Shown here: positions 59,279 to 64,000 of the stretch, one piece after another | Layout of the letters: each line of letters opens with the position of its first letter | Position numbering within the stretch: the first letter of the stretch is position 1 | Assembly: GCA_013239625.1 (NCBI GenBank) | Contig: MU054323.1 | Coordinates: forward strand, 6,871,220-6,935,219 | DNA: 64,000 nucleotides | Reading direction: 5' to 3' | Source of the DNA: Lama guanicoe | Lineage: Eukaryota | The notes under the pieces: model-generated | Databases searched by the model: none | What the model saw: only the letters and a program-made list of their open reading frames with translations | Told to the model about the DNA's origin: nothing | Position numbers and translations under genes: made by a program

Positions 59279-59835
59279 CTGAAGCCAGTATTAAGGAAGA
59301 GATAACTGTCAGCACAATCAGGGGAGATGAATGAGCCAACTAAATGACAGATTTGTCTGTTTACAACCCCTCAAGACATCCAAGAGAGGTTTTCCTATAA
59401 ACGCTTCATTCAGCCGCGTATCTGCCACGTGATCCTGGACAAACACCCTGATTTTCTGAGCTTCAGCTTCTACCATCTTAACATGGGGGGAAAAGTGCCG
59501 TCTCCTAGGGCGGTTGAGCATGTATGTAAAAGCATTTCCCTGGTACACGGGTTACCTGATAAATGTTTCCTGAATCTGAATTTTGAGGGTCGGAGGAATC
59601 AGGGCCCCCAGGGTCTTGTTTTGGCCAGTCCTCCCCCTGTGAACTTGAGGGTGATGGCCCAGGCTCCCACTTGGCACCCACCGTTTGCAGATGGCTGCAG
59701 AAGCCATATGCTTGTGGAGGGGTGTTTATAAACAAAAGAGCTAGAGTAACTCCAAATTCTTTCTGACTTCTGCAGCCTGTAACCTGGAAGAGGCTGGCTT
59801 CGTGGCAGGAGGAAGAGGGCAGGAGGGGCACTCAC

Positions 59836-59982
59836 AGAGTCAAAATCTGAGATGATCTCGTTGAGGAAGCGCAGACACTCGATGCCCCCGTTATTGATGC
59901 TCTCCTCTGTGTAGAAGTCAGCGAAGTTGGGCAGGGAGGCAAACATGACTCCAATCTCATCGTAAGACTGACTGTACAGCTC
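59836..59982 (-). CDS. ADCY3: ADCY3 exon [20 protein letters not shown]...[15 protein letters not shown]
   Basis: Acceptor ttttag|GAG; donor TCT|gtgagt; 147 nt; start of the C2a domain. Confidence 0.97.
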
Positions 59983-60473
59983 CTAAAAGAGGCAGGGCCA
60001 GAGGGCTCAAAGTCTGACAAACTGTATGATGTGCTTCACAAAGGAATCTGCCTTCCACACCCGTGACATGTGCAGTCATCTTTTTGGACACACATCTCAG
60101 ATTATCCCAACTCTGCATTATTAGAAAGTAACTCATCACAACTTTGAATAATTTTTTAAAAAGTTTCTCCAGTCCCTGCAACAGCCCCAGTATGAGAAGG
60201 AGTGTAGGGTGGAGCTAGGCAGTGAGGCGTGAGAACCAGGCAGCCAATCAGAGTCACAGAAAGGTGGGGTTTAGCCATCTGAAGCAGCCTCATAGGGATG
60301 TGGCCCATAGAAACAATGCAGCAGTGCCTGTTACCAAAAGCCCATGGGATTCTTGCTTTTAATATTGTGGTTGCTGGTTAGGTCCAGCCCTCCTGGGCCA
60401 TATCACGAGAAGGCAGAAAGCCAGGTGAAGACAACCTCACAGCTCCAGGCTCCAGCACGAGGCTACCCCTCAC

Positions 60474-60632
60474 CTCATCTCTCTTCTTGGACCCCAGGAA
60501 GTGACGTGCCACATGCTCAGGCAGCATGTTAGTGACCAAGGCCTCGTTCCAACGCCGCATCTCGTAGACACGTTCCTTCTGGTCGTGGACCTCAATCTTC
60601 CACAGGAACAATGTCCGTGCCAGTTTCTCCAC
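60474..60632 (-). CDS. ADCY3: ADCY3 exon [12 protein letters not shown]...[19 protein letters not shown]
   Basis: Acceptor ccatag|GTG; donor GAG|gtgagg; 159 nt. Confidence 0.97.
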
Positions 60633-61436
60633 CTATGGACACAGACACAGGCAAGGTGTGTACTCTGAGCTGGCCGTTTGATGGAAGGATGAAAAATGGG
60701 AACTTAAATGGAGAGGTTCCATTATGGAAAAACTGAAGGGAAGACGGCTAAATGGCAAGGGAAATGAGACCCAGAAAGATTTCACCGTGTCAGAAAAGCC
60801 GGCCTACAATTCCGCTGAGGGTCCTAGCCTGTGTGTGGGGCCTCCTGGGGCCTAATTTTGGCTATAAGTCTGCCTTGGGGCAGAGGAGTGGCTGTGGAGA
60901 CCTCCTAGCCCAGGGCTGGCGGGAGGGGGGTGGGGTGCGGGGGCGGCGCGGGAGGAGGCGGCTCCATATCCAGGACGCTCCATTTGGCCACGAAGTGGCT
61001 GGGGCGGCTGCACTTTCCTGACGAGCCGCTGGGTGGCACCCGAGCTAACACGGACGTGTCCCATGCACCGGTACTTTCCCGCCCTCTTCCTCATTTTCCT
61101 TTTAACCCATAACTATCAGCTTCTTTCCCTTTATTTTCTGGCTCTGCGGTCAGTGTGTTAGTGACCCCCAGGGCAGGCTGAGCGGAGATCCATGAGTCCC
61201 TGGCCTCGGGAATACAGATTTTAACCAGGCTTCCTTCAGCTCCCCGCAGGAGGCGAGAAGGGAGCGATGAAGAACTGCTGCTCGGTTATTCCTGAGGAAG
61301 AAGGCAGAGCACGCAGAGGGGCGGCTTGACCAGGGTCACGTGCCAGCACCCCAGGCGCTCGGGTTAGATCCTGGGGCTGCTGCTTAGAAGGCCCTGACAG
61401 GTGCTGCTGAAGAGGAGGGGTGTGTGCGGCACTCAC

Positions 61437-61518
61437 GTGGCGGGAGAAGTAGTAGAAGCTCAGCATCATGACGAAGACCATGGCCGTCATGGAGTACTTG
61501 GAAGGCACCAGGGGCAGC
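61437..61518 (-). CDS. ADCY3: ADCY3 exon (R)[27 protein letters not shown] (last transmembrane helix)
   Basis: Acceptor ccacag|G; donor CAC|gtgagt; 82 nt, phase 2/0. Confidence 0.95.
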
Positions 61519-61859
61519 CTGTGGGGCGAGAGCATTGCTCTGGGGGCCCGCGCTACCCTCCCAGAAGGGAGTTTTGTCCCCTCTAGTGTGGTGGTGCTGC
61601 TTCCCGTCACCTCACCCCAGAAACTTCTCCCCACAGCTTAAGTGCCTTCACATCAAGTCCAGACGCTCTCTGCCCAGTACAGCTTTCTGAAATCACTGGG
61701 TTTCTGTCTTAACAGCCAGCCAGCTCCTGGAATCCACACCAGGGCTTCAGGGCTGCTCCCCAGACGTTTAATAAACTCTGCGTCACCTGATCACAACAGT
61801 AGCTGCAACCGTGTAGGAATCTGGAGAAGGGGGAGACTAACATCTCAGTGATGGGACTA

Positions 61860-62390
61860 GGGCAGTTTCACCGCGCTTTTTTGTAGCTTTCACACATTTT
61901 TGTGTGGAGCTGTAAATTACTTCTATTGTAGTGTTCTGTTGTGTGAGTATAACACCACAATTTATATATCCACTTACTGCTGATGTCTTGGGTTGTTTTC
62001 ATTTGGTTTTGGATGTTATATGTGTGTGGTTATTATGAACAGTGCAATTTTGGATATTCTTGTAGATATATCTTGTGACTTACATGTCTATTAATTTCTC
62101 CAAGGTGTATACGTAGCAGTGGAATTGCTTTACTAAATAACCCCAAATTATTTTCTAAAATGGCTGTACTCCCATCAAGAGTGTATGAGTTACATTTACA
62201 TGATGTTATCAGACTTCTTAATTCTGGCCAAACTGGTAGGTATGTGATGGTCTTTTGCTGTGGTCTTAATGTGAATGTCCCTGATTACCTGAAGCCTTTC
62301 ATTTATTAGTGGCCATTTAGACTTCTTTTGTTAAGGTCCTATTCAAGTCTTCTACCCATCTTCTGTTAGGTAATCTTTTCTTTTCTAACT
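61860..62390 (-). mobile_element. Old L1 3' fragment in an ADCY3 intron
   Basis: ccacaatttatatatccac...agtggaattgct...ggtatgtgatggtc L1M 3'UTR pattern. Confidence 0.7.
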
Positions 62391-62946
62391 TACTTAAAAG
62401 TCTAGTTAAGTCACTGAATCATATAATTCTAAAACTTTGGAGGCAGAAAGGACTTTGAAGAATTTCTAGTCCAACACCCTCTTCAAGAGATGAAACTTAG
62501 ACTCAGGAAATGGGCCTGCCTGAGGCCCCCTAGAGCGTCACCGAGGCAGGGAAAGGATCCATGTCTTCTAGTCTGGATACAGTAGTCTTCTTTCCTCCTT
62601 ATCCTTCTGCTGTTCTGGCAGCCAGTAAATCAGTGATCACTCGTTTGGCTGTTCCTTCTCTTTACCGCAACCCAGCCTCAACTGCTTTACCCCAGCCTCT
62701 GAACCCCCATGCCACTGCTCTCCACGCTTCGCTCTCTCTGACTCAGGACAGGCCAGCGCGGCCAGCTCAGTGCTACAATCTGCCCCGGTCTCCTCTAGAA
62801 ACACATACTAACTTCTCTAGCTTGAACATCCCACATCATGTGCCTTTGAAAGGATGAGACTGTGGGGCTTTGGCCTGTTGTGTTTCCTGTCTCTAGAAGA
62901 AAGGGGCCGCAAACACAGACCAGGACAGGAAAGCAGTCACCCTTAC

Positions 62947-63012
62947 CTGTCAGTGCCATTGAGCCCAGGGCTGGAGAACACCTGCATCTTCTCTAAGGCG
63001 ACTGTCGGAAAG
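62947..63012 (-). CDS. ADCY3: ADCY3 exon (D)FPTVALEKMQVFSSPGLNGTD(R)
   Basis: Acceptor ccacag|C; donor AG|gtaagg; 66 nt, phase 2/2; carries an NGT N-glycosylation sequon. Confidence 0.9.
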
Positions 63013-63302
63013 CTGTGGGGACAGATAATAGCACACTCGGGCCCCATCTGGGTACAAGAGGCTGGTGCCCAGCCAAACACTGAGGTGACCCAGATCTTCC
63101 AGTCCTCAAGAATGGAAAGGATCTCTCCCGGGATTACAGCCACCCAGTGGCACGTCTGAGAAGCCATAAGCCCTGATTCCCATGCAAGCCTCTGATGAGC
63201 CCTAGAGATGGACAGCTGAGGGCAGGCCCATGACCTTGAAGTGGGGACTGGGAGGCGGGGAGGAAGGAGACCATATAGATCCCCAAACAGGCCCCATCGT
63301 AC

Positions 63303-63562
63303 TCATGTTCCTGGAAACGTCTGTGGTCGTATTCATCGAAGATGGGGTGCCAGGCGTGGATGTTGATGACGGCCACGGCCCCGGCGATGAGCAACATGAG
63401 CGTGAGCTTCACCATATGGCTGACCTGCACCAGCATGATGGTGGCAATGAGGGACAGCACAGCCACGTAGTTGTAGTACTTGGGATTCTCCACGCAGCCG
63501 TCCTCCACCTGCACCCCCGCCGTGCTGTTGCTGGGCCCCGAGTAGTACTGGAGACAGCTGAG
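63303..63562 (-). CDS. ADCY3: ADCY3 exon [16 protein letters not shown]...[31 protein letters not shown]...FQEH (M2 transmembrane region)
   Basis: Acceptor ctccag|CTC; donor GA|gtacga; 260 nt. The gene continues beyond the window end. Confidence 0.96.
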
Positions 63563-64000
63563 CTGGAGGCCAGGACCGCCGGGCGAACACCGGGTGCAAG
63601 GGAACAGCAGACACTGGTCAGAGAAAGCTGGGCTGCGGGCGGCTGCCCCTTCCCCTGGCTCCCTCAGAAACACGGAGAAAGAAGGGAACGTGTGCCAAGG
63701 GACAGTAAAGCAGACGTTAGTGGTTCCTGCTAAGAGCTTTACCATCACCTCCTCGGATGATCGTGACAATCCTCAGAGTATTGTTAGTACCGCCACCATC
63801 ACACAGAAAACAGAGGCCACACTTGCCCAAAGCAGCACTATCGGCCAGTGGTAAAGCAGAGCTACGGATCCAGTCTTAGGTTTCAAACCCACATCACATT
63901 GCTGCTTCCGGAGTGGCCGGGGGCCAGCCAGCCAGCCTCCCCTCAGCCTCACTGTGACAGCAGCCAGTCCCCATGACCCTTCATTTCTGAAGTCTGGTGG

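Noticed and set aside
63230..63733. 167-aa plus-strand ORF
   Set aside because: Antisense shadow of the GC3-rich ADCY3 exon 63303-63562.
1..64000. Prokaryotic-type systems (CRISPR arrays, operons, defence islands), rRNA genes, intact retrotransposon ORFs
   Set aside because: The window is spliced mammalian DNA; I found no regularly spaced repeat-spacer arrays, rRNA-like sequence or intact L1/ERV ORFs.

Overview
Mammalian genomic DNA carrying the conserved NCOA1(+) - PTRHD1(-) - CENPO(+) - ADCY3(-) block. It is probably camelid: it has two tRNA-Ala-derived Vic-1-like SINEs, and I saw no Alu, Bov-tA/BovB, PRE-1 or Can-SINE. Contents: (i) the last coding exons of NCOA1/SRC-1, including the SRC-1e stop cassette, the SRC-1a LxxLL exon and a ~2.2-kb 3'UTR; (ii) a complete two-exon PTRHD1 (140 aa); (iii) a complete CENPO CDS (6 coding exons, 903 nt, 300 aa) sharing a CpG-island bidirectional promoter with PTRHD1; (iv) the last nine coding exons of ADCY3, converging on and probably overlapping the CENPO 3' end. 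All exon boundaries were read by hand (GT-AG, phases consistent). Introns and intergenic DNA hold L1, L2, MIR, MER and MLT remnants. I see no new protein-coding system. The most interesting unexplained signals are RNA-level or regulatory: a ~43-bp G-U-rich intronic hairpin in NCOA1; a hairpin that traps both the SRC-1e UAG and its 5' splice site in a frame-preserving exon; one CATG acting as a uORF start on both strands of the bidirectional promoter; and an interlocked bidirectional poly(A) element with an antisense CENPO terminal exon. Gene and repeat names come from recognition and recall, not from database searches.
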